Below, one piece after another: positions 1 to 13,116 of a stretch of DNA of 64,000 nt (within the stretch, counting starts at the first letter, position 1; every line of letters starts with the position of its first letter). The stretch comes from Octopus vulgaris (Eukaryota): contig OX597836.1 in NCBI GenBank assembly GCA_951406725.2, positions 26,598,001-26,662,000 on the forward strand, in the 5' to 3' direction. The notes below the pieces were generated by a model. The model did no database searches. It saw only the letters and a list, made by a program, of their open reading frames with translations, and was not told where the DNA came from. Both the position numbers and the translations under genes were made by a program.

Positions 1-52
1 TATTTCAGGCCATAATGCCTAGAGTAGAAAGGAGTATTTTTTTGATATTACT

Positions 53-440
53 GTGTGGAAGCACTCCGTCGGTTACGACGATGAGAGTTCCGGTTGATCC
101 AAATCAACGGAACAGCCTGCTAGTGAAATTAACGTGTAAGTGGCTGAGCACTCCACAGACATGTGCACCCTTAACGTAGTTCTCGGGGATATTCAGCGTG
201 ACACAGAGAGTGACAAGGCCGGCCCCTTGAAATACAGGTACAACAGAAACAGGAAGTAAGAGTGAGAGAAAGTTGTGGTGAAAGAGTACAGCAGGGATCA
301 CCACCATCCCCTGCCAGAGCCTCGTGGAGCTTTTAGGTGTTTTCGCTCAATAAACACTCACAACGCCCGGTCTGGGAATCGGAACCGCGATCCTATGACC
401 GCGAGTCCACTGCCCTAACCACTGGGCCATTGCGCCTCCA
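53..440 (-). mobile_element. tRNA-derived SINE, family A, full length with 13-bp TSD
   Basis: Minus-strand head TGGCCCAGTGG (A box) and GGTTCCGATTCCC (B box); TSD TTTTGATATTACT at 40-52 and 441-453; near-identical copy at 8584-8965. Confidence 0.9.
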
Positions 441-618
441 TTTTGATATTACTAACCATTAACATTATTGTTAAATCGTCATTATTAATTAACAACTACT
501 TATTAATCATTGTAAAAGTCTTAGCTGCTGCGTGCAACATTGATGCAAACTGAAAGGACAGGACAAGGGCTGACGTAAATGAAACAAACAATGTGTGTGT
601 GTGTGTGTGTGTATATAC

Positions 619-918
619 CTGTAGAGAGTTGGGCTGGTATTTGTGATACTCCGAGTTAGCCTTCAGATCATCAATATCAATGTTAGGCAAACCAGAAATG
701 AGCAACTCCAGTTCTTGCTCGTTGAAGATAGAGATCAAGCGTTTGGGAATAATATCATAGAAGCCCTCCAAGAAAGCATCCAGCTGCTTGCGAATCGATT
801 CGGTCATTCTCATTTGGCAAACTATTTTTACATATTCTTTCTTGTTTTCTTCCGTTACAGTTAAATTGCGTCCGTCTGGTTTTAAATCTCGCGCCTCAGT
901 GACCCCAAATTCCTGGAT
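619..918 (-). CDS. HUWE1: HUWE1 exon, HECT domain ([14 protein letters not shown]...YQPNSLQ)
   Basis: CAG acceptor at 919-920, GT donor at 617-618, phase 0/0. Confidence 0.95.
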
Positions 919-3900
919 CTGTAAAAAAACAAAATTATATCCTAATTAGTTTACAAAGAAATGGAAAATTGTAAGAAGCACATTCATAGGAGCTGAAATG
1001 GTTATGTAGCTAAGAAGTTTGCTACCCAACCACTTGAGTTTAGGTCGAGGCCAAATTTATGTATGGGTCAATATGGGCCATGGCTCAAGGACCCTGAACA
1101 TTGGGGACCTCTTTAACTTGGAGAAGCCTAAAGCCTGGAGTTAAAAATTCATAGCTATCAAATAATTTGCAGTTTTTTCTTGTTTAAATTTTTTTTAATC
1201 CAACAAACTTTAAAAATTGAACCCTCTTTTAATTAAAAGGGGCCCTTTTCAATTTAGTTTTTACTGAGACCCTCTGAATCCAAGGCTTTTTAAATTTTGG
1301 GGCCCCGCTTCAAACTGTTTGGAGCCTTTTTACCTCCGCCTTAGTGGAAGGATGTTTGGCCTTGTAACTGGCACAAACTGATTAGATTTGGGGATCAATA
1401 CAGCGCCCGATACAGCATTCCTATGTCCCCACCCCAAAAACATGCCCCATTTAATAACAGATTAGAATGTGATTGTGCATCAAGTGAGAGCAAGAGAAAG
1501 AAGCAATACCTCTGTACTAAACGTCAGCTCATAGCCAAGATCTTTGACATCATTTTCAAGCAGAAAGACCAGTCCTTGGTAGAAGGAATAATCTTCACTT
1601 TCCATATCGGTATATCTGTCAAGAAAAAATAAATTATTGGAAATTAGTTATATTACTGAAACAATTCACCGGTACGCTGCAATACTATACTGTTTGTAGT
1701 CCTTTTTCATCTTTTATCTTTCACTTGTTTCAGTCATTGGTGGGGGAGAGGAGGGAGGGTTTAGTCGAAACAAATTGACCCCAGACTTACTTTTTTTTTA
1801 AAGCCTGGTACTTATTTCATTGGTCTCATATGCACAGGGTAGGTTATGAGATTAACAAATATCAGTGACAGAATTAACAACACCCAAGCACATACATACG
1901 CATTATATATACACCACACACACACAAGCTAATGCTATAGGTGTAGTGGCCGCCTTTATTGCATGTATGGAAATATCCACACATTTGACTGTATATTAAT
2001 CTTAACTTTATTGTTTGGTATATAATAATAATAATAATAATAATTGTGTACAGTGCTCAGGTGCACTACAACTCATCTAAAGTGTATATATAATCAGGTG
2101 TAGTTTCGGCGGATTTCGGAAAGCATGAGGGCCTTAAAGGATTGATTGCATTTATTTACTTGTTCACATATCAAAGTCTGTCATTATCGTTGATGTTGTT
2201 GTGATTGTGACTAACAAGTAGTTTATAAGATTACATAATTTTTTTTTAAAGTTCCTATTTAATTACAAAAAGGCTAAAATGTAAAGATGTATTTATTGCT
2301 CCAGCACCACCACAACCTTTATCTTGGGGCCCAAATAAAATTTCTTACTGAGCTCCCAGGTGGACAGTACCACCCTCAAGAAGCTCTTTGGCAACTTAAC
2401 TTAACTTAACCATCCTACAGAACAAACAAGATTTTGTTTAGACCTTGGGACATAACAATGTCAAGATGAAAAGAGCTGTGTCTGTAGCATTTGTAGCCCC
2501 GCCCCAAACAATTGAACTCTCCTACACCACATTCAAGAGGTTTACAATGATTTCTTCTTTTTAAACACAAAACTTCAGAACCTAGACGGCAGCAAATGAG
2601 ATTGGGAAAGACATGAATAGGATGTAAAGGAATTGGTAATTCTCTAAACGAAATGATTATAAATGGCAACTGAAGCTACATCTTGGAATCAGCAAGAAAT
2701 GTACTTCTACCCTAAATGAATATTAACATTTAATACCAACAAAAAGAGTTCTTATAATCTAAATTAGCAGTAAAACTATTCAACTGATGAGAATAAAAAT
2801 TGCAGCCCTTTAGCATCCAACTTATTCTGTTACATGTAGTGCTTATCTATTGGCATGCATTATCTTGTAGTTTTGAAATTTCACGTAAAAAGCACCCACT
2901 ACACTCATGGAATGGTTGGCATTAGGAAGGGCATCCAGCTGTAGAAACACTGCCAGATCAGACTGGGCCTGGTGCAGCCTCATGGCTTCTCAGACCCCAG
3001 TTGAACCATCCAACCCATGCTAGCATGGAAAGCGGACGTTAAACGATGATGATGATTTTCAGAATGACATTGTAGGGTTGGTGTGAAAGGCCAGATCTGG
3101 CCAGTTTGAACATAAAACAGAATATATTAAGGCCCAATATGGTTCTTTTAACCCTTTTGATACCAACCCACCTGAAGATTCCCTTGGTTCTATGATATAA
3201 ATCTCTGGTCTTGAAGTTATCTAAGTTAAAATCTTCCACCAAAATTTCAGGTTAATTTATGTTCCAAACAACACTTTAATAATGAGTTGTTTCAGTTTTA
3301 CCATTTTTAAATGTAGAATTTACTCAAAGTTGGTATATTTCAACAGAAAGGGTTAAATGCTAAAGGATTGAAGACATTGTAAATGTATCAAGAAGCTCTC
3401 AAAATTCCTCAGGTAGAAAAGGAAAATTGCAAACAAGTGGAATCATCATCATCATCGTTTAACGTCCGTTCTCCATGCTAGCATGGGTTGGACGGTTCGA
3501 CCGGGGATCTGGGAAGCCAGAAGGCTGCACCAGGCTCCGGTCTTATCTGGCAATGTTTCTACAGCTGGATGCCCTTCCTAACGCCAACCACTCCGTGAGT
3601 GTAGTGGGTGCTTTTTACGTGCCACCTGCACTGGTGCCAGGCGAGGCTGGCATCGGCCACGGTCGGATTGGTGCATTTTACGTGCCACCTGCACGGAAGC
3701 CAGTCGAGGCGGCACTGGCTTCGGCCACGATTCGAATGGTGCTTTTTACGTGCCACCGACACGGAAGCCAGTCGAGGCGGCGCTGGCATCGGCTACGATT
3801 CAGATAGTGCTTTTTACGTATCTCCAGTCCAGGGGTCCTGGCATCTGCCCCGGGTGCCAGTCATAGGATTGGTTCAATTTCGATTCCGATTTCACTTGCC

Positions 3901-4606
3901 CCAACAGGTCTTTGCAAGCAAAGGGGGGTTGGCATAGGTGCCTGTCATCGTCAGAGGTTCGATATCGACTTCATCCGACGATAAAGGTAGCTGTTAACTC
4001 GGGGAAAAGTAATTAATAATGAACAACATCAAGTTTAAGATTGTTTTTTGGATTACTTACTTGACAGCCTGCCCAATGATATGTTTATAGAAGGAGCGTG
4101 TGAAAAAGCACTCTAACAACTTGTTGTCATAAATGGCCTTGGCAATAATCCGGCCAACAAACTTGAAATAGCTGAGATGGTTAGAGTTGCAATGGGATGA
4201 TGGATTGATGGTGTAGGTGACTCGGTCTCCAGGAGATGTACGGAACAACGCATACATCGGGTTGAAAATTTCTCTTGATATTACAACATACCATTCTCTT
4301 AACAAGCCACCAGCATCCTGACCTTCCTCACCTGAAACACAACAAAAAAACAGCTTAAATACAGCAGCAAATTAATGTACAATAACATTTCCGTTAGAGG
4401 ATTTACTCTTTTACTTGTTTCAGTCATTTGACTGCGGCCATGCTGGAGCACCGCCTTTAGTTGAGCAAATCGACCCCGGGACTTATTCTTTGTAAGCCCA
4501 GTACTTATTCTATCGGTCTCTTTTGCCGAACCGCTAAGTGACGGGGACGTAAACACACCAGCATCGGTTGTCAAGCAATGCTAGGGGGACAAACACAGAC
4601 ACACAA

Positions 4607-4642
<36 letters not shown>

Positions 4643-7600
4643 ATATATACGACAGGCTTCTTTCAGTTTCTGTCTACCAAATCCACTCACAAGGCATTGG
4701 TCGGCCCGGGGCTATAGCAGAAGACACTTGCCCAAGATGCCACGCAGTGGGACTGAACCCGGAACCATGTGGTTGGTTAGCAAGCTACTTACCACACAGC
4801 CACTCCTGCACCTATTTGTCATGATTTTTTAATTACTTTTGATTAACTCAGTTTTAGGGAGATAAAGTTATTTAGGATTAGACTAATCAAGTTTCCTGTA
4901 TAAACTGTTGAAATCCTATCATTTATTTGTCCCTGCAACCCCAAAAGCCCAGATGACAGGGTAAGCTGTCTAACCTCTCCATGTTCAAAATGGACATTCA
5001 CTAATAAAACACTTCCAATAATTCAAATTCATGAGAATTACTACAAAATTTTCACCAATAAATACTGAATAAATGCTGCAAGACTATATCATATTTATTT
5101 GTTGTTGTTATTATTATTATAAAATATGAAATTTTGCTTAAAACCTACAAATGTAAAAAGTGGAGCTGCAACATAATTCCAAAATTTTGGAAGCCACACC
5201 AAATTTATATAGAATAAGAATATAGACTTTTTTTTTTTATTAATTAACAAATTTCTTTTTAAATGCATCTCCCTGTGGTGGAAGCATCCTTGCCTCAGTA
5301 ATGGTATTTTCAACAAGAGTCACAGTTTGAAGATAATGGATGAGAACAGATGAAACAGAATCATATCTTCTAAAAATCAATAGAAATCAATGTGGAAAGG
5401 GGATGGACATTATTTTAGATGACTAATTGGGGGGGGGGCGTTAATTTTTTACCAGGACAAAATGTCTTTTAAAACAAAATTAAAGACACTAGATACCAAA
5501 CATTTGTATTCCCAGACACTAAATTCCATCGTTTGCCGACCAATTTAATTGCTTATTCTCTCAGAATATCTCATGGAATTTTCTGTACCAAAAAAAGGTG
5601 AATCTCACAAAAGAAAAAAAAAACAAAAAAACCACCTCTCATGAAGCAACATTCAATACTTTCGTTTTGTTTACTAAAAGGAGAACATTAAAAGCTACCT
5701 TCAAACACAATGTAGAATCGGTGCTTCCATTCTTCAGGAGATCGACGAAACAGGTCCCGGAAGGAATCTTCAAAAACATGTTCCCTTTTTACATGGACGG
5801 CCAAATCTTCTCTACGCAAACCTTCGTCTAATCGTTCTAGTTCCTGTCGGAAATATCTTCTCTTCACATCAAAATCCAAGACTCTAGTGTGATCAACCAA
5901 AACTGAAAATGGACCGTCAGCGAGGGGCGTTGTAGACTGTCGCAGTATTTGGTTCAATACTGTTCGGTGAGTTTCTGAAAAAAGAGAAATACAAGAATTT
6001 AAAGAAACACTGAAAAGTTGAATTCACAATCTTAGATATCTTGTGTTACAAGTTGACAATGAAATAATATATAAACAATCTATAGATGTTCTTAGTTGAC
6101 TGTAGATGTTGGGCTTACTCTATGGCATGCCAATGAAAAATTACTTTCAATTCAACCATGCTAGTTTGGGAAAATATACATAAATAATTTTATATATTTT
6201 ATTTTTAATCAACAAAACTGATAGAAGGGCATATAAACTAAAAATGAAAGATGAAAAAAAGTGTATAATTGTGTTATGTTTTTTCTGTTCTATCAAACAC
6301 ACAAAATGATTGTTGACAATAAGGTTTACAATTTGAATACTTAGAATAGATGCCACTTTCTATGGACTGGGAATAAGAATTGTTTAAAACAGGTGTGGGT
6401 AATGTTTTTCAAGAAGCAGGTCACACAAGACGTAGCAATGAAGTTGAAGGGAACCAGTATATTACTGGTACTCTTAACATTTGTTCTTAGACTATATACA
6501 GTGACAAAACAAAAAGATACAACTTTTGTATATATGAAATGGTTCAATATTTTATAAGGGTAAAAACTGGGAAGTCATAATGCAGTTTTTTATGCCCTCC
6601 CTCCCCAAACAGTATTTTAGAAACAGTAAAACAATTCCGTCATCTTCCTTTTACATCCACTTAATGTGATGGCAAGAGTTGGGTAGGCCATTGCAGTCTA
6701 AGTCAGTTATTTGGGTTATTGCCCTCTTGACCTTGGGCCCTGAGACCAACATTTCATGGCTTCTACAGCTTGATGCTCTTCCCAACACTAACCATTTCAC
6801 AGTGTGCTGGGTGCACTTTTTCATGATATCAGCACTATAGAGGTTGTCAGACCCTTAACAAGACAGTGAAATAACTCCAATGAGGAATCAAAACTAAACC
6901 ATAAATTTGGTTTATCACATCCACAGTAAAAGTTATTTCTAACATAGACATGCCCACACATTTAGGAGGAAAGGTACAGACAGCTAAGACAGCCTCACTA
7001 CTTCAATTATCCCTAAAGGGACCTTAAAACTGAAATCAGAATAATTAAAAGATGATCTAACTAAATATTGTATAATATTTTATTATAACAAGAAATACAA
7101 CAGTTACAAAATTAATTGAAAAGAAAAAAAAAACTTACCAGCAAACTTTAAAAATTTCTGTGTATCACTTGAGGCATGTCCCAAAGAGGATACAGACGCC
7201 ACAGAATTTTCCCGGGTAAGTAACGTGGAGTTCTCCATAACAGATGCTGGAGATGGCGAAGCTGGTGCAACTTCCATACTCAAGTGAGATAACTGATCTT
7301 CACGTTTCTGACTTGGTTGCTCGTTTTTCTTGGTTTCTTTCTCACCTTAAAACAATATAAAACATGGATTGACACATTTTGAAAACATGACAGGAGATGC
7401 CACTATGAAAGGTTGCTGAACAAAGAAAATGAATGAGAGAAAGAGAGTCTCCATTGTCGACCCAACAGAGGGACCAGCTATCCGAGTTGACAGTACCTTG
7501 GTAGATAAAGCAATTAAAAGTATAAAGACAGGGAAAGCCCCCGGCCCATCAGGAATTACTGCAGAGATGCTCAAAATATCTGGCAGTGTTGGCTGTAGCC

Positions 7601-8553
7601 TAGTTACCTGTATAGTTAACCAGGTGATACACGAAGGAGTCATACCCAATGACTGGTGTAGCAGCACTATAGTCAACTGCTACAAAGGAAAAGGCCATGC
7701 TTTAGATACAAATAATTACAGAGGTATCAAGCTGTTGGATCAGGTAATGAAGATCACGGAGAGGGTCATAGTCCGACTAATTAGGGAGAGATGCAGTTTG
7801 GTTTCGTGCCAGGGAAAAGCACCACTGATGCTATATTTCTGGTTAGACAGCTGCAGGAGAAATACCTAGCCAAAGATAAGCCCCTGTACCTGGCTTTCAT
7901 TGACATGGAGAAAGCCTTTGACAGGGTCCCCCGATCCCTTATCTGGTGGTCAATGAGGAAACTAGGGATAGATGAATGGTTAGTGAGAGCCGTGCAAGCC
8001 ATGTACAGTAAGGTGAGGGTTGGCAACGAGTACAGTGAAGAATTCCAGGTAGAGGTAGGGGTCCACCAAGGTTCAGTCCTCAGCCCCCCTCCTGACTGGC
8101 CCCCGTGCTGGTGGTACATAAAAAGCACCCACTACACTCTCAGAATGGTTGGCATTAGGAAGGGCATCAAGCTGTAGAAACTATGCCAGATCAGATTGGA
8201 GTCGGGTGCAGCTTCTTGGCTTGCCAGTCCTCCGTTAAACCAGCCAACCCATGCCAGCATGGAAAACGGACATTAAACAATGATGATTGATATATATAGT
8301 GGTGTAAGAATTTTTACAAATACAAATATGTAAAATTCACTAAAAATACTGTATAGACAGGCACTGACTGTTTCCAAAATGTCCAGTCTATAATGTTGTA
8401 TATAAAAATAAAAACATTTAGAAACTAATATATATATATATATATATTGATCTATTGAATGTTTATTTTCTTTCAACATTTTTCTTTCTTTTATCCTTAA
8501 TTCATCCCTCCAGGCATAAAACAGGTCATGCACTAGTATAAATAGTAATTTTC

Positions 8554-8584
<31 letters not shown>

Positions 8585-11500
8585 GGAAGCACTCCGTCGG
8601 TTACGATGACGAGGGTTCCGGTTGATCTGATCAACGGAACAGCCTGCTCGTGAAATTAACGTGTAAGTGGCTGAGCATTCCACAGACACGTGTACCCTTA
8701 ACATAATTCTCGGGGATATTCAGCGTGACACAGAGAGTGACAAGGCCGGCCCTTTGAAATACACGTACATCAGAAACAGGAAGTAAGAGTGAGAGAAAGT
8801 TGTGGTGAAAGAGTACAGCAGGGATCACCACCATCCCTGCCGGAGCCTCATGGAGCTTTAGGTGTTTTCGCTCAATAAACACTCACAACGCCCGATCTGG
8901 GAATCGAAACCGCGATCCAACGACCGCGAGTCCGCTGCCCTAACCACTGGGCCATTGCGCCTCCATATATATATATATATATATGTGTGGGGAGAGAAAG
9001 ATTAGATAAAGCATTAACCAGCCACGAGTAACTCCCATCCTTAATATTTTAGCTAATACAGTAATTTCTCACCTATCGCAATTTATTATTTAAGCTTACA
9101 TTGATTCCTTCATGGTGTTGCTTTGCATTTATAATAAAAAAACTACATACAAATTATAAATATAACTTAGAAAATATACAGTACAGTACTGTTTCTACTT
9201 GGCAGATTTTCACCTACCATGGGGGGTTTTGGAATGTAACACCCACCATAGTCGAGGGATTACTATATTAAATATAGTAGCCCACTAAGAATAATTAATG
9301 AAATCGTTCAGAAGAAAACTTACCAGCATGCACGAGAAAGAAGGCTTCAACAGCTGGTTGGAGAATAAGTACGGCATGGTGGTCAGGTGTCTTGGCTAAT
9401 TCTGTGAGGCAGTCTCCAAGGGTCTGCCACATTTCATCTAACTGTAATTGATCACTAAGGCGAGGAAGTTCTCCTTCCTTCCTTGATCGTCCTTTTCGGT
9501 CATCAACTAAATTCTCTGAAAAGTCAAAAATATACAGAGTCTCGAGTGAAATTATGTAGGACACAAAAGTAACAAGGGCAGGAATTGGACAAGTGATCTA
9601 ACCCTTAAGCATTCAGATTACTTTCAAATGTAATGTTTGTTTATTCACATTGTTTTAATTAATCATGCATTATCTCATAGCATCAAGATTTTTGATGGGA
9701 TTATTTTTACATGTAAGGTAGGTGATGTGAGAGGCCACATCTGGCCAATTTTAACACGAAACGGGAGAATATTTGAACCAAATATGAAAGGTTTAAACAC
9801 TTAAGGGTTCAGGATCTATAGCCCAACTGACAAATGCCCTCCAAAATTAACAAATGAAATGCAGTTAACTAGCAGTCAAACCAAACAAAAACAATCCCTT
9901 AAATTATATAAAAGCTGAAATGTTTTAACACTAATATTAAACAAAAAGGATGTCTGACTCACTCAAAAAGGACACAAATTTTTATAAATGAAGGATAATG
10001 AAATGAAATTAATTGTAGAGAAATAGAGGGCCAAAATTGACTTTGATGTGATTTGAACTCAGAACAAAGGATAAGCTGGATACTTATGTAATTAACTCTA
10101 GAGAAAGTAAACTATTTTAGCAACCCTAAATGCATGAAATATGTTGCATTAACCCTTTAGTGTTCGCATTATTCTGTCAAAATGAATCCTTTTTTATCCA
10201 CATTGTTTTGAACTAATCATGCATTATCTTGTAACTATGAGAATTTGATGAGGTAGCTGTTAATTTTTAAAATGATATTGTAGGGCTGGTGTGAGAGAGA
10301 CCAGATCTGGCCAGTTTGAACATAAAACAGACAGAATACTTTTGGCCGGATATGGCCGGTTTAAATGCTAAAGGGTTAAACATTAGAAGTGGACCAATCA
10401 TTTTTGTGCTATAAAAGTTGGCCAAACATACATACACACACACACACACAGCATTTTTTTTTCTTCTTTTAATTATTAAAACTGAAACTGAGTGTCCTGT
10501 AACTCAAGTTTCATGTTACTGTGTCATGAGACAAACTCAGTTTCAGTTTCAATAAAATGCCATATGTACTGAACGCTCCTTTCTCATTTGTTTAACATAA
10601 AACAAAGTATGTGTATGCGTGTGCACGCACACAATGAGCATTCAGAGATTTTCAATAACTTAGTCGGGAAAGGAAGAACAGCACTCATACCTCTAATTTT
10701 TTTCAGAGATCAGTGGAGGGTGGGGACGTTATTCTCTTGCAATGGAGGGAACCTTATTGCATAAACAGACAAAACAAATAATGTAGAGAGCATTTTCCCG
10801 CTGCTCAAACAGTTCAATCCACTGCAGCCACCTGAATTGATCTCTGACGGATGAAAGGGCAAGTTCACAAAAGTGGGACTTCAACCCAGACGACAAAGCC
10901 GTGCATTCACCTCTTCAGTAAGACAACTGCTCCTGTCCCTCTATCCTAATTTATTTCTCAATGCTATAACCCCCTCACCCATTAAGTTGAGGAGGTCTTG
11001 TGCTGTGAGTAGTTGGGGATTTCATCAGTACTAGTACCACAAAGAAAGCACCCGGTGCCCTCCAGTAAAGTGGTTGGCATTAGGAAGGGCATCCAGCTGT
11101 AGAAACCATGCTAAAGCAGACATTAGAGATCAGTGCAGCTCTCTGGCTTGTCAGTTCATACCAAACAGTCCAATCCATGCTAGCATGTATGGAGGGTGTT
11201 ACATAATTATAATGATGATAATTCTTTTTTATATGCTTGTAGATTTAGTGTAGAATGCTTTAGTGTAGAATCCTTGTAAAAGATTATGTGAGGTCATCAA
11301 TTTCAGGAAACTTCACTGTTGCACCGACTGAAGTAACAAGACTTCAATTTGGCACGTGTCACCTACCTGCTTGATCGACATCCATTTGAGAATCTGTCAT
11401 CAAAGTGACGGATTCTATGAAACTTTGTTGCTGTGTAATAGATTGTGATGGCTGGTTCTCAGATAAAGTGGAACTGGTCATTTCCTGACTGCTGCTGGTA

Positions 11501-13051
11501 CTGGTGGTGTTAGCATCTGTAGCGGTGGCACCGCTGGCCGTAGAGGCAGGCGCTTGAGTAGCAGCTGCTCCATCTTGTGAGGAGAACATTGCGCCACCAC
11601 TGCCAGAGGTGTCTATCAATGTTTCCATGGTCGGTGCCAACACATCGTCTGTTAGAGTTCTTTCACCTACAAAACATCAACAGTTATAAGCGTGGTTACG
11701 AGAGAGAAAGACAGAACAGAGATGGGGGGGGGATAGGGTGGAGTGAAAATAAATTTTGGAAACTGAAAATGCCTGAGGGCTAAAATGTTGCTATATTTGA
11801 TTGCTAGCAAAATGCTAAAATTTCGCTGAGATCAATCAGGGGCATTTACTCCCTCAAGCCTCCTAAGCTCCAAAAATGGGGGATTTTTGTAAATTTTTTA
11901 CACTAGAGGAGTTGGGGAGGGGGGAATGCCCTTGACTGATCTAAGCAAAAATTTAGCATTTTTTCTAGTAATAATATACAGCAAGATTTTAGGCCTCAGG
12001 CATTTTCAATTTCCACAATTTTTTTTTATTTTCACTCCACCCTACTGTGGAGTGTGCTCAGCTACTTGCACATTAATTTCACAAACAGACTCTTCCATTG
12101 GTCAGTTCAACTGGAACCCTTGTTGTTGTAACTGATGGAATGCCATAAAAACAGCAGTAAAAAAAAGAGAGGGGGGAAACCTATGTCTGAAAGCAGTATA
12201 AACGAGAAAAAAAGGGAAAATAGTTGTACATACCTGCGGCTCTTGCTTTCTTGGCAAGTGACTGACGTGCAGCATCTCTGAGATGAATGATTACTTTAAG
12301 GATACGAAGGAAGAACTGTTGGCTGGAGTTCTTACTGGTCAACATAGACATTGACGGCAACTGTAGATCATGACCTCCCTTCATTTTAGTGGGGGCAGAC
12401 ACAACAACATTAACTGCTCGGGTGAACCTATACCATAAGAGAAAACAAAATAAACAATCATCTGAATCCATCAATTAAAACTGCAATGGCAATCATGAGC
12501 TGGGAGGAAGGACAAGAGCAGTGACCCTCATCAAGATGGTTGGGGAGTGAAGATTTTAAATATAAACAGAGCAACAGCTGGCAGGGAAAGAGTTTCACAG
12601 GGATAGATAATCTTTAAGAAAGTGAGGCAGAGCCCATTTTTTGTTCTTGCATAATCAAATAGCCATTTAACCACAGCTGCACAACTGGAAGCAAGTGTAT
12701 ATGGGTAAGATTCTGGCCTTCTTAGCAATGAACTTTAACCTCAATCAGTCAACTAAACCACACTGACAGTAGTAAACTTACACCTTATCATCAGTTATTG
12801 CATCTTGCAACTTTGGCCTTTATCCCTCTCGCTGGCACTTATTCAATCGATCTCTTTTGCCAGAAACCACTACCAGTCATCAAGTGGTGGTGGTGGTGGG
12901 CAAAGAAAAGGACGCAGATTTTATATATATATATATAGACTATACTTTACTAATCCCAAGGATACCAACTCTGATGTCAAAATCATGTGATTTGTGGAAA
13001 CATGCAAAGCAATGTATTAAATATTTATAAATTCCATCCTAGAATTATGGT

Positions 13052-13116
<65 letters not shown>

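Noticed and set aside
104-307. ORF repeated at 8631-8882 and partly at 51380-51601
   Set aside because: Chance ORF within SINE family A; recurrence reflects repeat copies.
365-440. tRNA gene
   Set aside because: It is the tRNA-derived head of a TSD-flanked SINE; I could not form a complete cloverleaf.
1045-1326. Possible MITE remnant with GGGGCCC motifs
   Set aside because: I could not define termini or a TSD.
3600-3830. CRISPR-like array of GGTGCTTTTTACGTGCCACC repeats with roughly 45-bp spacers
   Set aside because: The spacers resemble each other, the array is part of a dispersed LINE 3' UTR in a eukaryotic intron, and there are no cas genes.
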